DNA from: a virus
Lineage: Duplodnaviria; Caudoviricetes
Direction: 5' to 3' (one strand)
IMG/VR virus record: IMGVR_UViG_3300011335_000874
Location: 1-62,865 of that record
DNA: 62,865 nt
The notes beneath the pieces were generated by a model that saw nothing but the letters and a program-made list of their open reading frames with translations, was not told the DNA's origin and searched no databases. Shown here piece after piece: positions 29,727 through 39,626 of this stretch; positions within the stretch are counted from its first letter, which is position 1; each line of letters begins with the position of its first letter. The translations under genes were made by a program, and so were the position numbers.

Positions 29727-29971
29727 TAAGATTAATCGATATACTAAAAGAACATAAAGAGGGGGAAGAATATCCTCCTTATATGTATTCACCAATAGGC
29801 TTTGGTTGTCACGTTTGTAACTATTACTATGTAGAAGATGATAAACATATGTGTAGTAATAAAGAATACCAAAAATATAAAGGTACTAGTGAATTAGTAG
29901 ATGATAATGGAGATCAAATTAAAGATCCAAGCAAATGGTGTTCAAATTGGTTTGAACCAAAAAATAAATAA
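29723..29971 (+). CDS. MIRL-tagged Cys-rich small protein
   Basis: MIRLIDILKE; CHVC...C...WCSNW. Confidence 0.7.
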   Translation: MIRLIDILKEHKEGEEYPPYMYSPIGFGCHVCNYYYVEDDKHMCSNKEYQKYKGTSELVDDNGDQIKDPSKWCSNWFEPKNK

Positions 29972-29973
29972 TA

Positions 29974-30384
29974 ATGATTAAATTAACAGAAATATTAGAC
30001 GAATTATTAACTGAAAAGCTCTGCAAAAAAGGTAGAGCATATTATAATAGTCGCAGAGCTGCTGGAGAAAAACCATCAGCTTATCTTTCTGGACGTGCTG
30101 TTAAAGTATGTAAAGGTTTAATGGAAGAAGATGACTTAGATTTACATGAATCACTTCGCGATTGGTTTAAAAAAGAAGATTGGGTTCGTATTGATACCGC
30201 TGGTAACATAACTGGTCCTTGTGGTACAATGAAAAAAGGGCATAAAACAACTCGTTGTTTACCTCGTGCTAAAGCAAATAGTTTAACTAAGGCTGAACGC
30301 GCTGCAACAGCAAAGAAAAAAACAGCATCTAAAAAACAATTTGTACCAAACACTAAAAAAGCAAAAGTACGTTTTAATAAATAA
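29974..30384 (+). CDS. MIKL-tagged basic protein
   Basis: MIKLTEILDELLTE; two basic Cys-containing modules split by LME/LHE. Confidence 0.7.
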   Translation: MIKLTEILDELLTEKLCKKGRAYYNSRRAAGEKPSAYLSGRAVKVCKGLMEEDDLDLHESLRDWFKKEDWVRIDTAGNITGPCGTMKKGHKTTRCLPRAKANSLTKAERAATAKKKTASKKQFVPNTKKAKVRFNK

Positions 30385-30387
30385 ATT

Positions 30388-31047
30388 ATGAAATTAACAC
30401 AACATCCATTCCCCGCAAACCAATATATGGCTGAGGAACATCCTAAATCTCAAATTTTCCTTCACCATACAGCTGGTAATGCTAGTCCATTTGCCACTTA
30501 TGGAGGTTGGGCTTCTAATGCTGAGCGTATTGCTACTTGTGTAGTAATAGGTGGTAAACCAACACCTGGTAGTAATTGGGAAGATGGTGAAGTAGTTCAA
30601 GGATATAGTTCAAAATATTGGGCTTTTCATTTAGGATTGAAAGAATCAACTTTTCATCGCTTTAATGTTCCATATAAATCTTTAGATAGAATTTCGGTAG
30701 CTATTGAAATTTGTAATTGGGGCCAACTTGTTCTTAAAAATGATAAATATTATAACTATGTTAATAAAGAAGTACCTGCTGATGAAGTATGTACATTAAG
30801 TACACCATTTAAAGGCTATAAATACTTTCATAACTACACAGACGCTCAAATAGCTGCTGTAAAAGATTTATTAGTATTATGGAAACAAAAATATAATATT
30901 CCTTTAACATACCATGAAGATATATGGGATATAACAACAAGAGCTTTAAAAGGAGAAGCTGGTGTATTTACTCATAACTCAGTTAGAACAGATAAAGTTG
31001 ATGTATATCCACATCCAAAATTAATCCAAATGCTTAAATCATTATGA
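30388..31047 (+). CDS. N-acetylmuramoyl-L-alanine amidase (Amidase_2 endolysin)
   Basis: IFLHHTAG, SVAIEIC, YTDAQI, THNSVRTDKVD zinc ligands. Confidence 0.9.
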   Translation: MKLTQHPFPANQYMAEEHPKSQIFLHHTAGNASPFATYGGWASNAERIATCVVIGGKPTPGSNWEDGEVVQGYSSKYWAFHLGLKESTFHRFNVPYKSLDRISVAIEICNWGQLVLKNDKYYNYVNKEVPADEVCTLSTPFKGYKYFHNYTDAQIAAVKDLLVLWKQKYNIPLTYHEDIWDITTRALKGEAGVFTHNSVRTDKVDVYPHPKLIQMLKSL

Positions 31048-32066
31048 TCAAACTAATAGACCTATTAAACGAAGATATATTTCAAAGTGAGGAACCATCT
31101 ATATATCCAGGAGATCAGAAAATAATTCAAAACTATATAAATGGATTGCCATCAGGAGGAACAACTATGCCGGATGTTATGGAAAAATTTAAAGATTACA
31201 ATAATGCCTTCCAGTTAACATTATTAATGGCTATAGCAAAAAAGGGATTACTAAATTTTAGTAACAGTAATATAAAAATTCCATCTGATGGAGTATTAGA
31301 TATGTTTAATGCTCAATCTGATATAGCAATGGATGCTTTAGCTAATTATAATTTAAATGAAGATAGAGTAGATTATTATGCAGATAGATATGGAAATCAA
31401 TTCCAAGTTGTTGATGCAAATTATCTACAAAACCCAGGCCTAGTAATGGTAAAATATGATAATGGTAAGCCAGTAGAATATAAAGGTAACTTTGAAGCTG
31501 ATTTAAAATCAGGTATTGTTAAACGTGCAAATAGTGAAATTAATGAAGCATTTTTCATTGGTGAAAATAAAACTATTGAATGTGGAAAATGTGGATGGAG
31601 ATGGGATTTAAAAGATGGTGCAGAAGATGGTGAAACAAATCCATATCTTTGCCATAAATGTGATTATGATAATAGCTACCGATATAATAATGAGATAGAC
31701 GAGTATGATGTTGATGAAAATGATTTGTATGAAGTAAAAGACTTCATTAGATTTATGAAAGAATATAAAACATTCTTAACCGAAGCATCATGTGATTGTA
31801 TAACTGAAGCCGAATATAAAGGTCGTAAAGTACAGTTAGGTAAACCAATGCAAGGTGACATTAAGAAATTTAAAGTATACGTTAAAAATAACAAAGGTAA
31901 AGTTGTAAAGGTTAATTTTGGATTTGGTGGAAAATCAGCTAAAGGCAAACGTATGGTGATTAAAGCTAAAAATCCAAAACGCCGCAGCGCATACCGCAAA
32001 AGACATCATTGTGATAACCCAGGACCACGTTGGAAAGCAAATTATTGGTCTTGTAGAAAATGGTAA
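31044..32066 (+). CDS. MIKL-tagged multi-module protein (Zn finger, basic C-terminal domain)
   Basis: MIKLIDLLNE; CGKC..CHKC; KVVKVNFG...RKRHHC...ANYWSCRKW. Confidence 0.75.
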   Translation: MIKLIDLLNEDIFQSEEPSIYPGDQKIIQNYINGLPSGGTTMPDVMEKFKDYNNAFQLTLLMAIAKKGLLNFSNSNIKIPSDGVLDMFNAQSDIAMDALANYNLNEDRVDYYADRYGNQFQVVDANYLQNPGLVMVKYDNGKPVEYKGNFEADLKSGIVKRANSEINEAFFIGENKTIECGKCGWRWDLKDGAEDGETNPYLCHKCDYDNSYRYNNEIDEYDVDENDLYEVKDFIRFMKEYKTFLTEASCDCITEAEYKGRKVQLGKPMQGDIKKFKVYVKNNKGKVVKVNFGFGGKSAKGKRMVIKAKNPKRRSAYRKRHHCDNPGPRWKANYWSCRKW

Positions 32067-32075
32067 TAATATATT

Positions 32076-34709
32076 ATGAGAGCAATAGACAAATTTATAC
32101 TACACGTAGTTCATAATTGGACAAATGAATTAAATGAAGCTTATAGCGAAAATGCTATTAAAACCTTTATTAATAAATTTAGTGAAGAAGCAGATGATCT
32201 TAATATGGATGTATCAGAAGATCAATTAAGAAAATATATTGAGCGTTTTGATACATTAAAAAATTCACCTAAAATAACTGAAAAAGATTTAAATAGATGG
32301 TCTTTATCTAAATTAATTAGACTAGTCACTTCATCTCCAGGAGCTGAAACACCAGATGATGTAGAAGATCAAACCCCAGATGTTGTTTATAATCAAGATG
32401 GTTTAGTTATATATAATGGTTCTAAAGAAGGAAACTGTTTAACTTATGGTAGAGGTGAAGAATGGTGTATTACTAGAGGATCATTTGGTAATTACCGCTA
32501 TGATGATAAAAGAAAAAACCCAACATTCTATTTAGTAAAAGATAATAATTTATCTGATAGTGATCGTAAAAGTTTTTTTGTTGTTGTAGTAGGTAGTGAC
32601 AACACATATAAAGTATCAGACAGATCAAATAATGATGTTGGCGGCAGAGGTACAGAATGGGATAGATGGGAATCATTTTCCTTTGTTGAACAAAACTTTC
32701 CATCAATTAGAGGATTAAGAAGTGTATTTAAATATATTCCTTTATCATCTTCAGAAAAAATAAATCAATCATATAAAAATAATGCTATTCCTATTAGGGA
32801 ATTTATTAAATTTCCTTATTCTGTTAAAGAACAATATTTAGTTGTTAGAAAAGGTAAAGAGTTATTTAAAGATGTTAGTACAGATGAATTTATTTCAAAA
32901 TATCTTCCTCAATATCCACAATTAGCTACGTTTATTTCAACTAATGCTGGTATTATACCTAGTGAAATTTTAATAAAACATTTAGAAAATTTTTCTAATC
33001 AAGATACAAGATCTGTTATAGCTAATATGAGAGATAAAGTTAAAATTAATCTTTTGTCCTCTGAAATTGTTCCATTTGCTGTTAAAAAATTATTAGTAGT
33101 AACAGATAAATGGGATGTACCCTCTAATGAAAGATTATATGTTACTAAAGATGGTAATGCTATTGTTAAATTAAAATTTGAAGATGAAATATCTGTAGGT
33201 TTATATACAGCAGACGATGATTATCCAAATATTAAATTAAATCAGCGTACAGCAAAATATATACTTGAATATCCTGAATTGGATGAATTACCATTTAATA
33301 GTTTACTTAAATTAGCTACTAATGGTATTGTAAATAAAGAATTCATCAGTAAAGTTATTGAGAAAGCCAAATCATCTGAAAACTCAGCTATTGTAGTTAA
33401 GAAAGTAGAGGATGGTGAAATATTAGTTGATGCTAATTCATTCTCATCATATAAAATAAAAAATGGTAATATAACTAAAATACCGTTTACGGATGAAGAA
33501 GTACAAACAGCTTTAGGAGATGAAAAAGAGAATACAGCATTCCAACAAGGTGCTGTTAATATAGTAAGAGATGCAATAGATAATTATGAAAATATTCCTC
33601 CAACTATTGATAAAGATGCCTTTACATCTATTATAAAATCAACTCCATATAGCAAAAGAACATTTACCACTACTAATACAAGAGGATTACAAATACTTCT
33701 TGTACCTGATGGAGAAAGTAGATTTGCTTTATTTACAAGACAGGTAGACGACCTATATAATTTCTCTACTGACCAGGATTACGGTAATAGAGGTGATTGG
33801 AGAGGTAGAGACACTAGTGATTGGATGGATGAAGGAGCATGGAGAGCATATTTTACTTATTTAAGAAATGAAAATAAGTTTTATGAAGGAAATAGATTAT
33901 CTCAATGGTTTAGATCAGCATATGTAAATAGTGAGAGCAGAAAAGGATGGTTTAACGCACAACCACCACTTGCACCAACCGATCAATACGCAACAGCAGT
34001 ATATAATAATCAATATTTTGTTATTAATAAAGCTAACCCACGAGAATCTCTTAGATTATCAGATACAGGTAAATTAGTTAAAGCTAATGTCCTACCATCA
34101 GTAGCTCGCCAATTGTTAGGAGGAACTACAGCACCTGATGAACCAACACCAGCAGCCACCGCTACAGGTAGAAGAGGTAGACCAGCAGGTGGTGGACAAC
34201 CACGTGCCGCAGTACCGGCAGCAGCAGTAGGAGGTGGTGATATAAATGTAGGTGAATTAATGGATGAGACAGGATTAGAAATAGCATTTATGCGCTTACC
34301 ACGTGCTGATAATAGACGATTAAATGTAACTAATGGTCGCCGTGTATCACCAAATGGTGATAGAGGTGCTGCTCGTCGTAATAATCAATTAGGAGCAGCA
34401 GGTAGCGTAGGTCGAGTAATAGAAGTAGGAGCTAGTAAAATATATATAATCCGATTAGCAAATCAACAAATAATAGCATCTATCAATATACAACCAGGAA
34501 ATAGAAATTATTTATTATTTCCTAATGCTCAAGGTAATGTAATGGTACCAATGAATTCACCATCAGAATTAATGCAAGTATTACAACGTCGTAACTTAGC
34601 TGAGGTGCATAATTATATGGTACGTGAGTATATTGCTAATAATCCACATCACTTAGATGAAGTAAAATCATTACTAAAAAAACACATAGCTGAAACTAAA
34701 AAATATTAA
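32076..34709 (+). CDS. large hypothetical protein sharing a domain with 24946-28299
   Basis: VYNQDGLVIY...CLTYG...WCI...FYLVKD aligns by eye with the polyprotein. Confidence 0.7.
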   Translation: MRAIDKFILHVVHNWTNELNEAYSENAIKTFINKFSEEADDLNMDVSEDQLRKYIERFDTLKNSPKITEKDLNRWSLSKLIRLVTSSPGAETPDDVEDQTPDVVYNQDGLVIYNGSKEGNCLTYGRGEEWCITRGSFGNYRYDDKRKNPTFYLVKDNNLSDSDRKSFFVVVVGSDNTYKVSDRSNNDVGGRGTEWDRWESFSFVEQNFPSIRGLRSVFKYIPLSSSEKINQSYKNNAIPIREFIKFPYSVKEQYLVVRKGKELFKDVSTDEFISKYLPQYPQLATFISTNAGIIPSEILIKHLENFSNQDTRSVIANMRDKVKINLLSSEIVPFAVKKLLVVTDKWDVPSNERLYVTKDGNAIVKLKFEDEISVGLYTADDDYPNIKLNQRTAKYILEYPELDELPFNSLLKLATNGIVNKEFISKVIEKAKSSENSAIVVKKVEDGEILVDANSFSSYKIKNGNITKIPFTDEEVQTALGDEKENTAFQQGAVNIVRDAIDNYENIPPTIDKDAFTSIIKSTPYSKRTFTTTNTRGLQILLVPDGESRFALFTRQVDDLYNFSTDQDYGNRGDWRGRDTSDWMDEGAWRAYFTYLRNENKFYEGNRLSQWFRSAYVNSESRKGWFNAQPPLAPTDQYATAVYNNQYFVINKANPRESLRLSDTGKLVKANVLPSVARQLLGGTTAPDEPTPAATATGRRGRPAGGGQPRAAVPAAAVGGGDINVGELMDETGLEIAFMRLPRADNRRLNVTNGRRVSPNGDRGAARRNNQLGAAGSVGRVIEVGASKIYIIRLANQQIIASINIQPGNRNYLLFPNAQGNVMVPMNSPSELMQVLQRRNLAEVHNYMVREYIANNPHHLDEVKSLLKKHIAETKKY

Positions 34710-34736
34710 TATTTATACATATAAACATAAAAACAA

Positions 34737-35339
34737 ATGAATCAATACGCATTACGCATGTTCGTGCGCAGTATTATAGCTGAAGCTAAAGAAAATAAAG
34801 ATAAAGAACCAAGTAAAAAAGAAGCAGGTCTTCCAAAAAGCTCTGGTAAATTAGTTGATCTTAAAAAAGAATTAGCTGCTCTTAAGCAATACAAAGATGA
34901 ACTATCTGCTGCTAAATTTGCTGAAAAAACAGCGTCAACTGAGGTTGAATTTGCTGATTTAGCTAAATTTGCTAAAGAATTAGATGCTCTTAAAGCAAAA
35001 GGCGTAGCGTTAGAACAACAAGTAGATGATAAAATTGCTGAATTAGAAACTCGTATTTCTGATGAGAAAAATAAAATTAAAGAAATGATGGGTTTAGTTC
35101 CTGAAGGTGGAAAAAAGAAAATGGTAGATGAAAAAAAAGAAGATAAACCAAAAGCACCATCCCACGAAGAAACAGATGCTAATCAAGTATATGAAGCTCG
35201 CTTTAAAAAAGGTACAGATATAGGTAAAAAAGGTAAAGGATTTGCTAAAATTGAAAAAGTAGCAGCTAAAAAATATGGCTCAGAAGAAGCAGGCAAAAGA
35301 GTAGCAGGTGCTATATTAAAAAAAGTAGTTAAAAAATAA
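34737..35339 (+). CDS. coiled-coil late protein, candidate internal head protein
   Basis: Late motif at 34709; LRMFVRSIIAE; basic C-terminus. Confidence 0.65.
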   Translation: MNQYALRMFVRSIIAEAKENKDKEPSKKEAGLPKSSGKLVDLKKELAALKQYKDELSAAKFAEKTASTEVEFADLAKFAKELDALKAKGVALEQQVDDKIAELETRISDEKNKIKEMMGLVPEGGKKKMVDEKKEDKPKAPSHEETDANQVYEARFKKGTDIGKKGKGFAKIEKVAAKKYGSEEAGKRVAGAILKKVVKK

Positions 35340-35342
35340 ATA

Positions 35343-35723
35343 ATGGAACAAAATAACCCACTAGTAGGACAATTTGTATCAACTTTGTTTGCTTCACGCA
35401 CACAAGCCCATATATTCCATCTTCAAACACCTTCATTTGCTGCTCATATGGCACTACAAGGATATTATGATGGTATTATAGATTTAGTAGATGGCTTTGT
35501 AGAATCATATCAAGGAAAATATGGTATTGTTACAGGATATGGTAATATTGCTTTACAAGAATATCAAAGTTGCGAAGCAATGATTATGTATTTTGAAACA
35601 CTTTGTATGTATGTTGAAAAAAGCAGAGAAATGATCGCACCAGATTCGTATTTGCAGAATCAAATTGATACAGTTGTTGAATTGATTAAATCTACAATCT
35701 ATAAATTACGTTTTTTAAAATGA
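35343..35723 (+). CDS. ferritin/Dps-like four-helix protein
   Basis: AHIFHLQT...AHMALQGYYD...DGFVESYQG. Confidence 0.7.
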   Translation: MEQNNPLVGQFVSTLFASRTQAHIFHLQTPSFAAHMALQGYYDGIIDLVDGFVESYQGKYGIVTGYGNIALQEYQSCEAMIMYFETLCMYVEKSREMIAPDSYLQNQIDTVVELIKSTIYKLRFLK

Positions 35724-36271
35724 TAAAATTAGCTGAATTATTAGGAGAAAAGGCTACATTTACTAGTAAGTATGATGATAGCCCTAAATTAAAAGGTAAA
35801 CAAACAAAATTACCTGATGAAATACAAGCCAAAATTGTTAAAGAGAATGATCACGAAGTATCAATGGCTCAAGCTAGTTTAAAATCAATAATTAAATCAG
35901 CAGCTCAATTAATGAGCAAGCTAGGTACTGAAGAACGAGACATTCCAGGTTGGATACAAGATCATATTACAAACTCAGAAAATTATATTGATCAAGCGGC
36001 TCAAGGATTTTATGAATTAGATTATGATAAAAAAACTTATAATCAAATTCAAGAATTATTTGGATTTGGTAAAAAAGAAGAACCACCAAAACCAAAAACA
36101 TCTCAAGGATTTGCTGAACGTTTTATTCAAGTAAATACTAAAGCAGTAGATTTAGCTAAAAAAGTTGAAGATTTAATTAATAATAATATAACTGATTCTT
36201 CTAAAAAAATGGAACTAAAAAAGGCAATATTAGATTTAACACAAAATATTGTTGAAGAATTTAATAAATAA
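35720..36271 (+). CDS. MIKL-tagged multi-module protein
   Basis: MIKLAELLGE; internal VKE and IQE sites. Confidence 0.7.
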   Translation: MIKLAELLGEKATFTSKYDDSPKLKGKQTKLPDEIQAKIVKENDHEVSMAQASLKSIIKSAAQLMSKLGTEERDIPGWIQDHITNSENYIDQAAQGFYELDYDKKTYNQIQELFGFGKKEEPPKPKTSQGFAERFIQVNTKAVDLAKKVEDLINNNITDSSKKMELKKAILDLTQNIVEEFNK

Positions 36272-36810
36272 TGAATAAACAACTATTACTAGAAAAATAC
36301 ATTAAGGTAGCTGTTAAAAAAGCTCTTAAAGAGCAAGAAGAACAACAGCAAAAAGCAGAAAAAGCAATGTACATGGTATATCGCTTTCCTGGTTTGAAAA
36401 AATTAATGGAAGATTTAATGTCTCCTGCTTTTGGTCGTTACGTTAATGGTATTAATATAATTGCTCCTAAACCAACAACATTTAAAGTTGACTTAACAAA
36501 CGGTCAAGATTTTAGCATTAAATATATTGGTAAAGGTAATTTTCAACTTAAAATAGCAGGCAGAAAATACGACCCATTAAACTTAGGTGAATTAGAACGC
36601 GCTTCACAAGGTATAGCTGATTTATTAGAATTAAACTATGCGCCTAAAGAAGAAGCAGCAGGAAATGAAGCACCACCCGCATCACCTGAAACGTCAGCCG
36701 CTGAATTAGGCCCTGACTTAGCAGGAGCTGGCCCTGAAACAACAGCACCACCAGCAGGAGCTGAAGCACCAGCCCCACCAGAAGAAGAAACACCACCAGC
36801 AGAAGCATAA
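36271..36810 (+). CDS. hypothetical protein with Pro/Ala/Glu-rich tail
   Basis: YIKVAVKKALKE N-terminus; low-complexity C-terminus. Confidence 0.7.
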   Translation: MNKQLLLEKYIKVAVKKALKEQEEQQQKAEKAMYMVYRFPGLKKLMEDLMSPAFGRYVNGINIIAPKPTTFKVDLTNGQDFSIKYIGKGNFQLKIAGRKYDPLNLGELERASQGIADLLELNYAPKEEAAGNEAPPASPETSAAELGPDLAGAGPETTAPPAGAEAPAPPEEETPPAEA

Positions 36811-36811
36811 T

Positions 36812-37909
36812 ATGAATGTTATAGATAATATATTAATTGAATGGTCATATAGATGTTCAGATGGCATCGTTGATATGAATGATCCTAATAAAGTTAAAAT
36901 TTTATTTGAAATATTAAAACCTTTACTTAAGGAAGATATTGATGATGATATTTTAGATGTATTGACTAATATTGATGATATTGATACAAAAGAAAAAGTA
37001 TTAAAATACCTTCAAAATATTAATAAAAAAGAAGATAAAGTAGAAGATAAGATAGAAGAAAATATAATTAAAAAACTTGAAGCTAAAAATTTAACAGATA
37101 GTTTAGCTGATTTAGTAGTATTATATGCTAGTAAATCTAATGATTTAAAAGCTTTATCTGATTATCTAAATAAACCTACTGTTACTTACAATAATTTATT
37201 AAGTAATAATAATCTTTCATCTTTATTTGAACCTATAAAATTATCTGATACCTTTAAAAATAAAATAATTAACCTATCAGGAGCTGTAGGTAATGTTACC
37301 TTAGGAAAAGGTGAAATAGCATTAATTATCTTTTTAAAAGATGCTGAAAAACATAAATCTGGTAAAGAATCAAAAGGAGATATTAAGATTGAAAGTCATG
37401 TTTTAGAAGTAAAAAGAGGTCCCTCTATATTAGCATCGGCTAGTTATATAAAAAGAGCTACAAAATCTAATTTATTTAATAGTGGAAAACCAAAAGAATT
37501 TATTGAAAAATATAATATAGATATTGCTGAAAGAAAAAATTGGATAGCTCAAATAACAGAAGTTAATCCTGAAAAAAATGAAATTAGAGATATTTTAAAA
37601 GAATTATATCCTGGATTATCTATAAATATAAATGATGTAGATGTATCTAAAGATGAAGAATTAAATAATGCTATAGGATTAGCACTAGCTAAGGATTATT
37701 TAAATAATAAAGATTTATTGTTTATAAATGAACAAAATGAATATGTTTGTGTAGAAGATTACAATATTTTTGAAAAAGCAGTCCAAAATAACAGCATAAA
37801 ATTCAACCTAGCATCTGATGTAATCCCAAGAACTCTATATAAGGGTCAATCAAAATCACCATCTAATAATGAGTTAACAGAAGACGAAGAAAATTATAAT
37901 TACGAATAA
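36812..37909 (+). CDS. PD-(D/E)XK restriction-endonuclease-like protein
   Basis: GKGEIAL...GDIKI...LEVK catalytic pattern after an N-terminal leader ending LLKE. Confidence 0.6.
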   Translation: MNVIDNILIEWSYRCSDGIVDMNDPNKVKILFEILKPLLKEDIDDDILDVLTNIDDIDTKEKVLKYLQNINKKEDKVEDKIEENIIKKLEAKNLTDSLADLVVLYASKSNDLKALSDYLNKPTVTYNNLLSNNNLSSLFEPIKLSDTFKNKIINLSGAVGNVTLGKGEIALIIFLKDAEKHKSGKESKGDIKIESHVLEVKRGPSILASASYIKRATKSNLFNSGKPKEFIEKYNIDIAERKNWIAQITEVNPEKNEIRDILKELYPGLSININDVDVSKDEELNNAIGLALAKDYLNNKDLLFINEQNEYVCVEDYNIFEKAVQNNSIKFNLASDVIPRTLYKGQSKSPSNNELTEDEENYNYE

Positions 37910-37917
37910 TAAAATTT

Positions 37918-38154
37918 ATGAACTTTAGACAACAACAATTCAGACAATCAATGCAACAACAACAATCGTTGTATTCGGCTAAACCAACTACTACCCCTAT
38001 TCCACCACCACCTCCAAAAGAGGAACCAAAAGTTGAGGAACAACCAGTGGTAGAAGTACAACCAGAACCAGAACCTATTATTGAAGAACCAAAAGTAGTT
38101 GAACAACCAAAACCATTAACCAATACAAATAAATTACCTAACTTAGGTAAATAA
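37918..38154 (+). CDS. Gln/Pro/Glu-rich low-complexity protein
   Basis: ORF with genome-typical codons. Confidence 0.65.
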   Translation: MNFRQQQFRQSMQQQQSLYSAKPTTTPIPPPPPKEEPKVEEQPVVEVQPEPEPIIEEPKVVEQPKPLTNTNKLPNLGK

Positions 38155-38206
38155 CATATAGACAGATTCATAGCCTGTCGACTAATAAACAATATTATGC
38201 AGCTGT

Positions 38207-38227
38207 GGCGCACCATTTAGGTGCGCC
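38207..38227 (+). terminator. GC-rich hairpin, probable terminator
   Basis: GGCGCACC-ATTTA-GGTGCGCC then a pyrimidine run. Confidence 0.55.
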
Positions 38228-38234
38228 CTCTCTA

Positions 38235-38265
38235 TTTGTAAGGCAAAATAAAAATAGTATATTTA
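38235..38265 (+). promoter_or_regulatory. Bacteroidota-type early promoter
   Basis: TTTG-N19-TATATTTA, GGCA at 38242. Confidence 0.7.
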
Positions 38266-38269
38266 GCGC

Positions 38270-38749
38270 ATGAATATATTTTACATAAACACAGACCCCG
38301 TTACAGCAGCACAACAGCTAGCAGACGATCACATTCGTAAAATGCAAATCGAATCTGCACAAATGTGTTGTACAGCTCATTGGGCTTCAGGTAGTGAAGC
38401 ACCATATAAAAGAGCACATTTGAATCATCCATCGACTAAATGGGTTAGAGAATCTATACACCATTATAGATGGGTTGTAGAACACGGTTTAGAAGTATGT
38501 AATGAATTTACTAAACGCTATGGTAAATCTCATAAAACACAAGGTGTATTAGAATGGTGTCGTGATAATGAACCTAGCATCCCAGACAATGGATTTACAG
38601 AACCACCACAGTGTATGCCTGATGAATATAAGAAATCTAATGCTGTAGATGGATATAAAACATACTATATAGAAGATAAAATTAAAAATAAACAATTAAC
38701 TTACAATAAATTAAACAACACACCAGAATGGATAAAAAAATCGTTATGA
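38270..38749 (+). CDS. pyrimidine dimer DNA glycosylase / endonuclease V-like protein
   Basis: MNIFY...HIRKMQIESAQM...HLNHPSTKW...PPQCMPDEYK. Confidence 0.8.
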   Translation: MNIFYINTDPVTAAQQLADDHIRKMQIESAQMCCTAHWASGSEAPYKRAHLNHPSTKWVRESIHHYRWVVEHGLEVCNEFTKRYGKSHKTQGVLEWCRDNEPSIPDNGFTEPPQCMPDEYKKSNAVDGYKTYYIEDKIKNKQLTYNKLNNTPEWIKKSL

Positions 38750-38985
38750 CACCAATAGAAACATCTGAAGAAGCAGCTATTAAGTTATTATGGAAAAAAT
38801 ATCCTTATCATCCCCCACAAGATTATGGATATTGGATAGATATGTTTAAAGAAGGGGCTAAATGGAAAGAAGAAAAAATGATTGACTTTGCTAATTGGTG
38901 TAGAATACACGATAATTTACATAAGAATGAAGTATGGACTATTCAACAACTTTGGACTAAATACTATCAAGAAACATTTAAATAG
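38746..38985 (+). CDS. small hypothetical protein
   Basis: Start MTPIET (ATGA overlap); FKEGAKW and YYQETFK resemble family B. Confidence 0.65.
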   Translation: MTPIETSEEAAIKLLWKKYPYHPPQDYGYWIDMFKEGAKWKEEKMIDFANWCRIHDNLHKNEVWTIQQLWTKYYQETFK

Positions 38986-39031
38986 GTTGTTGGTCTGATG
39001 GAACTTTCATATATTTATTGTAAATAATATT

Positions 39032-39625
39032 ATGACTAAAATATATGTTCTAGAAAGAAACGGAGTACCATTTTATATAGGTAAAACGATACAAGAAATA
39101 AAAGATAGATATTATACACATGGTAGTAGAAAAACAAATAGTGAAATAATTGAAATAGATTGTGTAGAAGATAATGAATGGAGATTTTGGGAGTCGTGGT
39201 ATATTGAATTATATAAGAGTTGGGGATTTGAATTAGAAAATAAAAATAATGGTGGCGGAGGTAGAGGACCAGGTTGGATTTCACCACCAGAACGAAATGC
39301 TAAAATTAAAGCATCAATGAAAAATCATTCACAATATTATACTGAAGAAGTAAGACAACGAATAAGTGAAAAAAATAAAGGTAGAGCTAGACCGTTTACT
39401 GAGGAACATCAACATAATATGCTTATAGCTAAACGTAAACAAGCTAAACCATTATTAATGTTTGATTTAAATGATAATTTTATTAAAGAATGGGAAAGTA
39501 AAGGACAGGCAGCTGAATGGATTAAAGAAACAACAGGTAAAACAAGTAATATAACATCTCAGATTAAAGACTGCATTTTGGGAAGGCAGAAAACAGCGTT
39601 TAAATTTAAATGGAAATATAAATAA
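39032..39625 (+). CDS. free-standing GIY-YIG homing endonuclease with NUMOD-type DNA-binding motifs
   Basis: KIYVL...FYIGKT, E..YI, LENKNNGG, TEEVRQRISEKNKG, KPLLMFDL...TAFKFKWKY. Confidence 0.85.
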   Translation: MTKIYVLERNGVPFYIGKTIQEIKDRYYTHGSRKTNSEIIEIDCVEDNEWRFWESWYIELYKSWGFELENKNNGGGGRGPGWISPPERNAKIKASMKNHSQYYTEEVRQRISEKNKGRARPFTEEHQHNMLIAKRKQAKPLLMFDLNDNFIKEWESKGQAAEWIKETTGKTSNITSQIKDCILGRQKTAFKFKWKYK

Positions 39626-39626
39626 T

